Shown piece by piece: positions 26,055 to 38,638 of a stretch of 64,000 bases of DNA (its first letter is position 1; every line of letters starts with the position of its first letter). The notes below the pieces were generated by a model. The model was not told the origin of the DNA. It did not search any database and saw only the letters and a program-made list of their open reading frames with translations. The translations under genes were made by a program, and so were the position numbers. The stretch is from contig OZ024741.1 of NCBI GenBank assembly GCA_964016885.1, positions 261,020,001-261,084,000 of the forward strand. Direction: 5' to 3'. The stretch is from Eledone cirrhosa. Its lineage: Eukaryota.

Positions 26055-29000
26055 GTTTCGCTTTACGAGTGTTTCGACTTACGAGTGTTTCGACATACGA
26101 GTGTTTCGACTTCCGAATGTTTTTGCTTACGGGTGTTTCGACTTACGAATGTTTCGGCTTACGAGTGTTTCGGCTTACGAGTGTTCCGACTTAGGAGTGT
26201 TTCGGCTTACGAGTGTTTCCGGCTTACGAGTGTTTCGACTTACGAGTGTTTCGACTTTCGAGTGTTTTGACTTACGGTGTTTCGGCTTACGAGTGATTCG
26301 ACTTACGAGTGTTTTGACTTACGGGTGTTCCGACTTACGAGTGGTTCGGTTTACGAGTGTTTCGACATACGAGTGTTTTGACTTACGGGTGTTTCGACTT
26401 ACGGGTGTTTCGACTTACGAGTGTTTCGGCTTACGAGAGTTTCGACTTACTAATGTTTTTACTTACGAGTGTTTCGGTGTACGAATGTTTTGACTTAAGG
26501 ATGTTTCGACTTACGAGTGTTTTGACTTACGGTGTTTCGGCTTACGAGTGATTCGACTTACGAGTATTTTGACTTACGGGTGTTTTGACTTACGGGTGTT
26601 GTGAATTACCAGTGTTCCGATTTACGAGTGTTTTGACTTACGGTGTTTCGGCTTGCGAGTGTTTCGACTTACGAGTGTTTCGGCTTATGAGTGTTTCGAC
26701 TTACTAATGTTTTTACTTACGAGTGTTTCGGCGTTCGAGTGTTTTGACTTACGAGTGTTTCGACTTACGAGTGTTTTGACTTACGAATGTTTTGACTTAC
26801 GGGTGTTTCGGCTTACGGGTGTTTCGACTTACGACTGTTTCGACTTACGAGTGTTCTGACTTACGAGTGTTCTGACTTACGAGTGTTCTGACTTACGAGT
26901 GTTCCGACTTACGAGTGTTTCGGTTTACGAGTGTTTCGACATACGAGTGTTTTGACTTACGGGTGTTTCGACTTACGGGTGTTTCGACTTACGAGTGTTT
27001 CGGCTTACGAGAGTTTCGACTTACTAATGTTTTTACTTACGAGTGTTTCGGTGTACGAATGTTTTGACTTAAGGATGTTTCGACTTACGAGTGTTTCGAC
27101 TTACGAGTGTTTCGGCTTACGTGAGTTTCGACTTAAGAGTGTTCTGATTTACGAGTGTTCTGACTTGGGGGTGTTCTGATTTACGAGTGTTCCGGCTTAC
27201 GAGTGTTTCGGTTTATGAGTGTTTCGACTTACGAGTGTTTCGGCTTACGAGTGTTTCGACTTATGGGTGTTTCGACTTACGAGTGTTTTTACTTACAGTG
27301 TTTCGGCTTACGAGTGTTTCGACATACGAGTGTTTTGACTTACGGGTGTTTCGGCTTACGAGTGTTTCGACTTACGAGTGTTTCGGCTTACGAGTGTTTC
27401 GATTACTAATGTTTTTACTTACGAGTGTTTCGGCGTACGAGAGTTTTGACTTACGAGTGTTTCGACTTACGAGTGTTTTGACTTACGAATGTTTTGACTT
27501 ACGGGTGTTTCGGCTTATGAGTGTTTCGACTTACGAGTCTTTCGGCTTACGAGTGTTTCGACTTACTAATGTTTTTACTTACGAGTGTTTCGGCGTACGA
27601 GTGTTTCGACTTACGAGTGTTTCGACTTACGGGTGTTTTGACTTACGGGTGTTTCGGCTTACGAGTGTTTCGACTTACGAGTGTTTTGACTTAAGGGTGT
27701 TTCGACTTACGAGTATTTTTGGCTTACGAGTGATTCGACTTACGAGTGTTTCGACTTACGAGTGTTTCGGCTTACGATTGTTTCGACTTACGAGTGTTTC
27801 GGTTTACGAGTGTTTCGACTTATGAGTGTTTCGACTTACGAGTGTTTTTACTTACGGTGTTTCGGCTTACGAGTGTTTCGACATACGAGTGTTTTGACTT
27901 ACGGGTGTTTCGGCTTACGATTGTTTCGACTTACGAGTGTTTCGGTTTACGAGTGTTTCGGCTTATGAGTGTTTCGACTTACGAGTGTTTTGGCTTACGA
28001 GTGTTTCGACTTATGGGTGTTTCGACTTACGAGTGTTTTTACTTACGGTGTTTCGGCTTACGAGTGTTTCGACATACGAGTGATTTGACTTACGGGTGTT
28101 TCGGCTTACGAGTGTTTCGACTTACGAGTGTTTCGGCTTACGAGTGTTCTGATTTACGGATGTTTCGACATACGAGTGTTTCGACTTACGAGTGTTTCGA
28201 CTCATGAGTGTTTCGACTTACGAGTGTTTCGGCTTACGAGTGTTTCGACTTACGAGTGTTTTGACTTATGGGTGTTTCGACTTACGGGTGTTTTGACATA
28301 CGAGTGTTTCGGCTTACGAGTGTTTCGACTTACGAGTGTTTTGACTTACGGGTGTTTTGACATACGAGTGTTTCGATACGAGTGTTCTGACTTACGAGTG
28401 TTCTGACTTACGAGTGTTTTGACTTACGAGTGTTCTGACTTACGAGTGTTCCGACTTACGAGTGTTCCGACTTACGAGTGTTTCGGCTTACGAGTGTTTC
28501 CGGCTTACGAGTGTTTCGACTTCCGAGTGTTTTGACTTACGGTGTTTCGGCTTACGAGTGATTCGACTTACGAGTGTTTTGACTTACGGGTGATTAGACT
28601 TACGGGTGTTGTGAATTACGAGTGTTCCGATTTACGAGTGTTTTGACTTACGGTGTTTCGGCTTACGAGTGATTCGACTTACGAATGTTTTGACTTACGG
28701 GTGTTTCGGCTTGCGAGTGTTTCGACTTACGAGTGTTTCGGCTTATGGGTGTTTCGACTTACTAATGTTTTTACTTACGAGTGTTTCGGCGTATGAGTGT
28801 TTTGACTTACGAGTGTTTCGACTTACGGGTGTTTCGACTTACGAGTGTTTAGGCTTACGTGAGTTTCGACTTAAGAGTGTTCTGATTTACGAGTGTTCTG
28901 ACTTGCGGGTGTTCTGATTTACGAGTGTTCCGACTTACGAGTGTTTCGGCTTATGAGTGTTTCGACTTACGAGTGTTTCGGCTTACGAGTGTTTCGACTT

Positions 29001-32000
29001 ATGGGTGTTTCGACTTACGATTGTTTTTACTTACGGTGTTTCGGCTTACGAGTGTTTCGACATACGAGTGTTTTGACTTACGGGTGTTTCGACTTACGAG
29101 TGTTTTGACTTACGAATGTTTTGACTTACGGGTGTTTCGGCTTACGAATGTTTCGACTTACGAGTGTTTCGGCTTACGAGTGTTTCGACTTACTAATGTT
29201 CTTACGAGTGTTTCGGCGTACGAGAGTTTTGACTTACGAGTGTTTCGACTTACGAGTGTTTCGACTTACGAGTGTTTTGACTTACGAATGTTTTGACTTA
29301 CGGGTGTTTCGGCTTACGAGTGTTTCGACTTACGAGTCTTTCGGCTTACGAGTGTTTCGACTTACTAATGTTTTTACTTACGAGTGTTTCGGCGTACGAG
29401 TGTTTCGACTTACGAGTGTTTCGACTAACGGGTGTTTTGACTTAAGGGTGTTTCGGCTTACGAGTGTTTTGACTTACGAGTGTTTTGACTTAAGGGTGTT
29501 TCGACTTACGAGTATTTTTGGCTTACGAGTGTTTCGACTTACGAGTGTTTTGACTTACGAGTGTTCTGATTTACGGATGTTTCGACATACGAGTGTTTCG
29601 ACTTACGAGTATTTCGACTTATGAGTGTTTCAACTTACGACTGTTTCGACTTACGAGTGTTTCGGCTTACGAGTGTTTCGACTTACGAGTGTTTTGACTT
29701 ACGGGTGTTTTGACATACGAGTGTTTCGATACGAGTGTTCTGACTTACGAGTGTTCTGACTTACGAGTGTTTTGACTCACGAGTGTTCCGACTTACGAGT
29801 GTTCCGACTTACGAGTGTTTCGGCTTACGAGTGTTTCCGGCTTACGAGTGTTTCGACTTACGAGTGTTTTGACTTACGGTGTTTCGGCTTACGAGTGATT
29901 CGACTTACGAGTGTTTCGACTTACGAATGTTTCGGCTTACGAGTGTTTCGGCTTACGAGTGTTCCGACTTAGGAGTGTTTCGGCTTACGAGTGTTTCCGG
30001 CTTACGAGTGTTTCGACTTACGAGTGATTCGACTTACGAGTGTTTTGACTTACGGGTGTTTTGACTTACGGGTGTTGTGAATTACCAGTGTTCCGATTTA
30101 CGAGTGTTTTGACTTACGGTGTTTCGGCTTGCGAGTGTTTCGACTTACGAGTGTTTCGGCTTATGAGTGTTTCGACTTACTAATGTTTTTACTTACGAGT
30201 GTTTCGGCGTTCGAGTGTTTTGACTTACGAGTGTTTCGACTTACGAGTGTTTTGACTTACGAATGTTTTGACTTACGGGTGTTTCGGCTTACGGGTGTTT
30301 CGACTTACGAGTGTTTCGACTTACGAGTGTTCTGACTTACGAGTGTTCTGACTTACGAGTGTTCCGACTTACGAGTGTTTCGGTTTACGAGTGTTTCGAC
30401 ATACGAGTGTTTTGACTTACGGGTGTTTCGACTTACGGGTGTTTCGACTTACGAGTGTTTCGGCTTACGAGAGTTTCGACTTACTAATGTTTTTAATTAC
30501 GAGTGTTTCGGTGTACGAATGTTTTGACTTAAGGATGTTTCGACTTACGAGTGTTTCGACTTACGAGTGTTTCGGCTTACGTGAGTTTCGACTTAAGAGT
30601 GTTCTGATTTACGAGTGTTCTGACTTGCGGGTGTTCTGATTTACGAGTGTTCCGACTTACGAGTGTTTCGGCTTATGAGTGTTTCGACTTACGAGTGTTT
30701 CGGCTTACGAGTGTTTCGACTTATGGGTGTTTCGACTTACGAGTGTTTTTACTTACGGTGTTTCGGCTTACGAGTGTTTCGACATACGAGTGTTTTGACT
30801 TACGGGTGTTTCGGCTTACGAGTGTTTCGACTTACGAGTGTTTCGGCTTACGAGTGTTTCGACTTACTAATGTTTTTTACTTACGAGTGTTTCGACTTAC
30901 GGGTGTTTTGACTTACGGGTGTTTCGGCTTACGAGTGTTTCGAATTACGAGTGTTTTGACTTAAGGGTATTTCGACTTACGAGTATTTTTGGCTTACGAG
31001 TGTTTCGACTTACGAGTGTTTCGACTTACGAGTGTTTCGGCTTACGATTGTTTCGACTTACGAGTGTTTCGGTTTACGAGTGTTTCGACTTACGGGTGTT
31101 TTGACATACGATTGTTTGGGCTTACGAATGTTTCGACTTACGAGTGTTTCGACTTACGAGTGTTTTGACTTATGGTGTTTCGGCTTACGAGTGTTTTGAC
31201 TTACGAGTGTTTTGACTTACGGGTGTTTTGACATACGATTGTTTCGATACGAGTGTTCTGACTTACGAGTGTTCTGACTTACGAGTGGTCTGACTTACGG
31301 GTGTTCTGACTTACGAGTGTTCCGACTTACGAGTGTTTCGACTTACGAATGTTTTGGCTTACGAGTGTTTCGGCTTATGAGTGTTTCGGCTTATGAGTGT
31401 TTCGGCTTACGAGTGTTTCGACATACGAGTGTTTTGACTTACGGGTGTTTCGACTTACGGGTGTTTCGACGTAAGATTGCTCTGACTTACGAGTGTTCTG
31501 ACTTACGAGTGTTCTGACTTACGAGTGTACTGACTTACGGGTGTTCTGACTTACGTGTGTTCCGACTTACGAGTGTTTCGGTTATGGGTGTTTCGACTTA
31601 CGAGTGTTTCGACTTACGAATGTTTTGGCTTACGAGTGTTTCGGCTTACGAATGTTTCGACTTACGAATGTTTTGGCTTACGAGTGTTTTGACTTACGAG
31701 TGTTTTGACTTACGGTGTTTCGGCTTACGATTTATTCGACATACGAGTGTTTCGACTTACGGGTGTTTCGACTTACGGGTGTTTCGACTTACGAGTGTTT
31801 CGACTTATGAGTGTTTCGACTTACGAGTGTTCTGACTTACGAGTGTTCTGACTTACGAGTGTTCCGACTTACGAGTGTTTCGGTTTACTAGTGATTCGAA
31901 ATACGAGTGTTTTGACTTACGGGTGTTTCGACTTACGGGTGTTTCGACTTACGAATGTTTCGGCTTACGAGTGTTTCGACTTACTAATGTTTTTACTTAC

Positions 32001-32671
32001 GAGTGTTTCGGTGTACGAGTGTTTCGACTTAAGGATGTTTCGACTTACGAGTGTTTCGACTTAGGTGTGTTTCGGCTTACGTGAGTTTCGACTTAAGAGT
32101 GTTCTGATTTACGAGTGTTTTGACTTGCGGGTGTTCTGATTTACGAGTGTTCCGACTTACGTGTGTTTCGGCTTATGAGTGTTTCGACTTACGAGTGTTT
32201 CGGCTTACGAGTGTTTCGACTTATGGGTGTTTCGACTTACGAGTGTTTTACTAATGGTGTTTCGGCTTACGAGTGTTTCGACATACGAGTGTTCAGACTT
32301 ACGAGTGTTCCGACTTACGAGTGTTTCAGCTTATGAGTGTTTCGACTTACGAGTGCTTCGGATTACGAGTGTTTCGACTTACGAGTGTTTCGGCTTACGA
32401 GTGTTTCGACTTACGAATGTTTTGACTTACGAGTGTTTCGGCTTACGAGTGTTTCGGCTTATGAGTGTTTCGACTTACGAGTGTTTTGACTTATGGTGTT
32501 TCGGCTTACGAGTGTTTCGACATACGAGTGTTTTGACTTACGGGTGTTTCGACTTACGGGTGTTTCGACGTAAGAGTGTTTCGACTTACGAGCGCTTCGA
32601 CTTACGAGTGTTTCGACTTACGAGTGTTTCGGCGTACGAGTTTTTTGAGTTACGAGTGTTTCGACTTACGA

Positions 32672-32740
32672 AAATAACAAATAGACGCGGTTTCAAATAT
32701 CTATGCTTTTCAAATTCATTACATTAATCTTTATTTATAC
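32672..32740 (+). repeat. 69-bp spacer, subtype A (last A copy in window)
   Basis: caaatatctatgcttttcaaattc; offset 23892 from 8780. Confidence 0.95.
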
Positions 32741-33384
32741 GTTTCGCTTTACGAGTTTTTCGACGTACGAGTGTTTCGACTTACGAGTGTTTTAACTTAC
32801 GGTTGTTTCGACTTACGCGTTTTTAGACTACGAATGTTCCGACTTACGAGTGTTTCGACTTACGAGTGTTTCGACTTACGAGTGCTTTGACTTACGAATG
32901 TTTTGACTTACTTCGACTTACGAGTGATCTGACTTACGAGTGTTCCTACTTACGAGTGTTTCGACTTACGAGTGTTTCGACTTGCGAGTGTTTCGACTTA
33001 CGAGTGTTTCGGCTTACGAGTGTTTCGGTGTTTCGGCTTACCTGTGTTTCGACTTACGAGTGTTTCGACTTACGAGTGTTTCGGCTTATGAGTGTTTCGA
33101 CTTACGAGTGCTTCGGCTTACGAGTGTTTCGACTTACGAGTATTTCGGCTTACGAGTGTTTCGACGTACGAATGTTTTGGCTTACGAGTGTTTCGGCTTA
33201 TGAGTTTTTCGACTTACGAGTGTTTCGACTTACGAGTGTTTCGGCTTACGAGTGTTTCGACTTACGAGTGTTTCGGCTTACGAGTGTTTCAGTGTTTCGG
33301 CTTACGTGTGTTTCGACTTACGAGTGTTTCGACTTACGACTGTTTCGGCTTACGAGTGTTTCGGCTTACGAGTGTTTCGGCTTA

Positions 33385-34199
33385 TATATAAACGTTTCTA
33401 TTTCCATCGTTTTATCGTAAACGTTTATATATTTCCATCGTTATATCATAACGTTTATATTTCCGTCACTAATCTCTTTTTCTCCTTTTCCGTTTTAATA
33501 TATATTTATTTCAAAGATTTCACCGTATAGATAACATATATATTTATACATGCATAAAAGACACACCGAGAGACGGTGAAAATGTGGTGCCAAAAACATT
33601 TCTCATCCAAATCTCAACAATATCAGTATATACACTAGATTTGCTAGCAGAAAACCGCCCACCGGGTGGTTTTCTGCTATTCTATATATATAAAACTGAG
33701 GATGTCTGTCTGTGTGTGAGTTTGAATCCCTAAAACTCGAGAACCACCCAACCGACTGTTTTCAAACTTTACACATGTAATAATTATGTTTCAGGGAGTG
33801 TTCTGAGCAAAGAATATTTCAAATTTTCAATGCCGTAGGGACCACATTAGGCGATTTAGCGATCTCTCTCTATAATTCTTAGTCTTTCTCTTTTTAGATA
33901 GAATTTTCAATGTCGTAGGGACCACATTAGGCGATTTAGCGATCTCTCTCTATAATTCTTAGTCTTTCCCTTTTTAGATAGATACATACATATGACGTCG
34001 TGCCCTTATAATATCTGTCTGTATGTCTGGCTGTCTGCATTACGTCACTTCCCTGAGGATGTCTGTGTGTGTGTGTGTCTGTGAGTTTGAATCCCTAAAA
34101 TGCGAGAAGTACCCAACCGATTTTTTTCAAACTTTACATGTGTATTACTTATGTTTCAGGGAGTGTTTGTTATGCACATAAAATTCAACCTTTTGATCT
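33385..34199 (+). mobile_element. 815-bp island, copy 3 (offset +23892)
   Basis: Same junctions and length as copy 1, with about 5 substitutions (e.g. gtatag/gtacag, gtctgg/gtcttg, atgtttc/atgtgtc). Confidence 0.6.
33645..33679. repeat. 35-nt hairpin, island copy 3
   Basis: Identical to 9753-9787. Confidence 0.95.
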
Positions 34200-37100
34200 G
34201 GTGTTTTGACTTACGAGTGTTTCGATACGAGTATTTCGACTTACGAGTGTTCTGACTTACGAGTGTTTTGACTTACGAGTGTTCTGATTTACGGATGTTT
34301 CGACATACGAGTGTTTCGATTACGAGTGTTTCGACTTACGAGTGTTTCGACTTACGAGTATTTCGGCTTACGAGTGTTTCGACGTACGAATGTTTTGGCT
34401 TACGAGTGTTTCGGCTTATGAGTGTTTCGGCTTACGAGTGTTTCGACTTACGAGTGTTTCGGCTTACGAGTGTTTCAGTGTTTCGGCTTACGTGTGTTTC
34501 GACTTACGAGTGTTTCGATTTACGACTGTTTCGGCTTACGAGTGTATCGGCTTACGAGTGTTTCGGCTTACGAGTGTTTTGACTTACGAGTGTTTTGACT
34601 TACGATTGTTTGGCTTACGAGTGTTCCGACTTACGAGTGTTTCGGCTTATGAGGGTTTCGACTTACGAGTGCTTCGGCTTACGAGTGTTTCGACTTACGA
34701 GTGTTTCGGCTTACGAGTGTTTCGACTTACGAGTGTTTCGACTTACGAGTGTTTTGACTTACGGTGTTTCGGCTTACGAGTGTTTCGACTTACGAGTGTT
34801 TTGACGTACGGGTGTTTCGACTTACGGGTCTTTCGACTTAAGAGTGTTTCGACTTGCGAGTGTTTCGGCTTATGAGGGTTTCGACTTACGAGTGCTTCGG
34901 CTTACGAGTGTTCTGACTTACGGGTGTTCTGACTTACGAGTGTTCCGACTTACGAGTGTTTCGGCTCATGAGGGTTTCGACTTACGAGTGCTTCGGCTTA
35001 CGAGTGTTTCGACTTACGAGTGTTATGACTTACGGGTGTTTTGACATACGAGTGTTTCGACTTACGAATGTTTTGACTTACGGGTGTTTTGACATACGAG
35101 TGTTTCGATACGTGTGTTCTGACTTACGAGTGTTCTGACTTACGAGTGTTCTGACTTACGAGTGTTTCGACATACGAGTGTTTTGACTTACGGGTGTTTC
35201 GACTTACGGTGTTTCGGCTTACGAGTGATTCGACTTACGAGTGTTTTGACTAACGGGTGTTTTGACTTACGGGTGTTGTGAATTACGAGTGTTCCGATTT
35301 ACGAGTATTTTGACTTACGGTGTTTCGGCTTACGAGTGATTCGACTTACGAATGTTTTGACTTACGGGTGTTTCGGCTTGCGAGTGTTTCGACTTACGAG
35401 TGTTTCGGCTTATGAGTGTTTTGAATTACTACTGTTTTTACTGACGAGTGTTTCGGCTTATGAGTGTTTCGACTTACTAATGTTTTTACTTACGAGTGTT
35501 CTGACTTACGAGTGTTCCGACTTACGAGTGTTCCGACTTACGAGTGTTTCGGCTTACGAGTGTTTCCGGCTTACGAGTGTTTCGACTTACGAGTGTTTCG
35601 ACTTACGAGTGTTTTAAATTACGGTGTTTCGACTTACGAGTGATTCGACTTACGAGTGTTTTGACTTACGGGTGTTTTGACTTACGGGTGTTGTGAATTA
35701 CCAGTGTTCCGATTTACGAGTGTTTTGACTTACGGTGTTTCGGCTTACGAGTGATTCGACTTACGAATGTTTTGACTTACGGGTGTTTCGGCTTGCTAGT
35801 GTTTCGACTTACGAGTGTTTCGGCTTATGAGTGTTTTGAATTACTACTGTTTTTACTGACGAGTGTTTCGGCGTACGAGTGTTTTGACTTACGAGTGTTT
35901 CGACTTACGAGTGTTTCGACTTACGAGTGTTTCGGCTTACGTGAGTTTCGACTTAAGAGTGTTCTGATTTACGAGTGTTCTGACTTGCGGGTGTTCTGAT
36001 TTACGAGTGTTCCGACTTACGAGTGTTTCGTCTTATGAGTGTTTCGACTTACGAGTGTTTCGGCTTACGAGTGTTTCGACTTACGAGTGTTTTGACTTAC
36101 GAATGTTTTGACTTACGGGTGTTTCGGCTTACGAGTGTTTCGACTTACGAGTCTTTCGGGTTACGAGTGTTTCGGCGTACGAGTGTTTCGACTTACGAGT
36201 GTTTCGACTTACGGGTGTTTTGACTTACGGGTGTTTCGGCTTACGAGTGTTTTGACTTACGGGTGTTTTGACTTAAGGGTGTTTCGACTTACGAGTATTT
36301 TTGGCTTACGAGTGTTTCGACTTACGAGTGTTTTGAATTACGAGTGTTCTGATTTACGGATGTTTCGACATACGAGTGTTTCGACTTACGAGTGTTTCGA
36401 CTTATGAGTGTTTCGACTTACGAGTGTTTCGACTTACGAGTGTTTCGGCTTATGAGTGTTTCGACTTACGAGTGTTTTGACTTACGGTGTTTCGGCTTAC
36501 GAGTGTTTCGACTTACGAGTGTTTTGACTTACGGGTGTTTTGACATACGAGTGTTTCGATACGAGTGTTCTGACTTACGAGTGTTCTGACTTACGAGTGT
36601 TTACACTTACGAGTGTTCTGACTTACGAGTGTTCCGACTTACGAGTGTTCCGACTTACGAGTGTTTCGGCTTACGAGTGTTTCCGGCTTACGAGTGTTTC
36701 GACTTACGAGTGTTTTGACTTACGGTGTTTCGGCTTACGAGTGATTCGACTTACGAGTGTTTTGACTTACGGGTGTTTTGACTTACGGGTGTTGTGAATT
36801 ACGAGTGTTCCGATTTACGAGTGTTTCGGCTTATGAGTGTTTCGACTTACGAGTGGTTCGGCTTACGAGTGTTTCGACTTATGGGTGTTTCGACTTACGA
36901 GTGTTTTTACTTACGGTGTTTCGGCTTACGAGTGTTTCGACATACGAGTGTTCAGACTTACGAGTGTTCCGACTTACGAGCGTTCCGACTTACGAGTGTT
37001 TTGACTTATGGGTGTTTTGACATACGAGTGTTTCGATACGAGTGCTCTGACTTACGAGTGTTCTGACTTACGAGTGTTCTGACCTACGAGTGTTCTGACT

Positions 37101-37679
37101 TACGGGTGTTCTGACTTACGCGTGTTCCGACTTACGAGTGTTTCAGCTATGGGTGTTTCGACTTACGAGTGTTTCGACTTACGAATGTTTTGGCTTACGA
37201 GTGTTTCGGCTTACGAGTGTTTCGACTTACGAATGTTTTGGCTTACGAGTGTTTCGGCTTACGGGTGTTTCGACTTACGAGTGTTTCGACTTACGAGTGT
37301 TTTGACTTACGGTGTTTCGGCTTACGAGTTATTCGACATACGAGTGTTTCGACTTACGGGTGTTTCGACTTACGGGTGTTTCGACTTACGAGTGTTTCGA
37401 CTTATGAGTGTTTCGACTTACGAGCGTTCTGACTTACGAGTGTTCTGACTTACGATTGTTCCGACTTACGAGTGTTTCGGTTTACGAGTGTTTCGACACA
37501 CGAGTGTTTTGACTTACGGGGGATTCGACTTACGGGTGTTTCGACTTACGAGTGTTTCGGCTTACGAGTGTTTCGACTTACTAATGTTTTTACTTACGAG
37601 TGTTTCGGTGTACGAGTGTTTCGACTTAAGGCTGTTTCGACTTACGAGTGTTTCGACTTACGAGTGGTTCGACTTACGA

Positions 37680-37748
37680 AAATAACAAATAGACGCGGTT
37701 TCAAATCTCTATGATTTTCAAATTCATTACATTAATCTTTATTTATAC
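37680..37748 (+). repeat. 69-bp spacer, subtype B
   Basis: caaatctctatgattttcaaattc. Confidence 0.95.
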
Positions 37749-38216
37749 GTTTCGCTTTACGAGTGTTTCGACTTACGAGTGTTTCGACATACGAGTGTTT
37801 CGACTTCCGAATGTTTTTGCTTACGGGTGTTTCGACTTACGAATGGTTCGGCTTCCGAGTGTTTCGGCTTACGAGTGTTCCGACTTAGGAGTGTTTCGGC
37901 TTACGAGAGTTTCCGGCTTACGAGTGTTTCGACTTACGAGTGTTTCGACTTTCGAGTGTTTTGACTTACGGTGTTTCGGCTTACGAGTGATTCGACTTAC
38001 GAGTGTTTTGACTTACGGGTGTTTTGACTTACGGGTGTTGTGAATTACCAGTGTTCCGATTTACGAGTGTTTTGACTTACGGTGTTTCGGCTTGCGAGTG
38101 TTTCGACTTACGAGTGTTTCGGCTTATGAGTGTTTCGACTTACTAATGTTTTTACTTACGAGTGTTTTGACTTACGAATGTTTTGACTTACGGGTGTTTC
38201 GACTTACGAGTGTTTC

Positions 38217-38638
38217 GACTTATGAGTGTTTCGACTTTCGAGTGTTCTGACTTACGAGTGTTCTGACTTACGAGTGTTCCGACTTACGAGTGTTTCGGTT
38301 TACGAGTGTTTCGACATACGAGTGTTTTGACTTACGAGTGATTCGACTTACGAGTGTTTTGACTTACGGGTGTTTTGACTTACGGGTGTTGTGAATTACC
38401 AGTGTTCCGATTTACGAGTGTTTTGACTTATGAGTGTTTCGACTTTCGAGTGTTCTGACTTACGAGTGTTCTGACTTACGAGTGTTCCGACTTACGAGTG
38501 TTTCGGTTTACGAGTGTTTCGACATACGAGTGTTTTGACTTACGAGTGATTCGACTTACGAGTGTTTTGACTTACGGGTGTTTTGACTTACGGGTGTTGT
38601 GAATTACCAGTGTTCCGATTTACGAGTGTTTTGACTTA
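38217..38638 (+). repeat. 13-monomer (208-bp) tandem duplication; also at about 44019-44440 and 61880-62301
   Basis: The marker gactttcgag occurs at 38233 and 38441, each followed by the same ordered variants through gttgtgaattaccagtg. Confidence 0.88.

Larger units (their letters stand above)
20570..29420 (+). repeat. 4316-bp higher-order tandem duplication (about 2 copies)
   Basis: Constant offset of 4316 for pseudo-ORF pairs 20961/25277, 21701/26017, 22871/27187 and 24353/28669, and for private variants such as gacttgggggtg. Confidence 0.92.
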
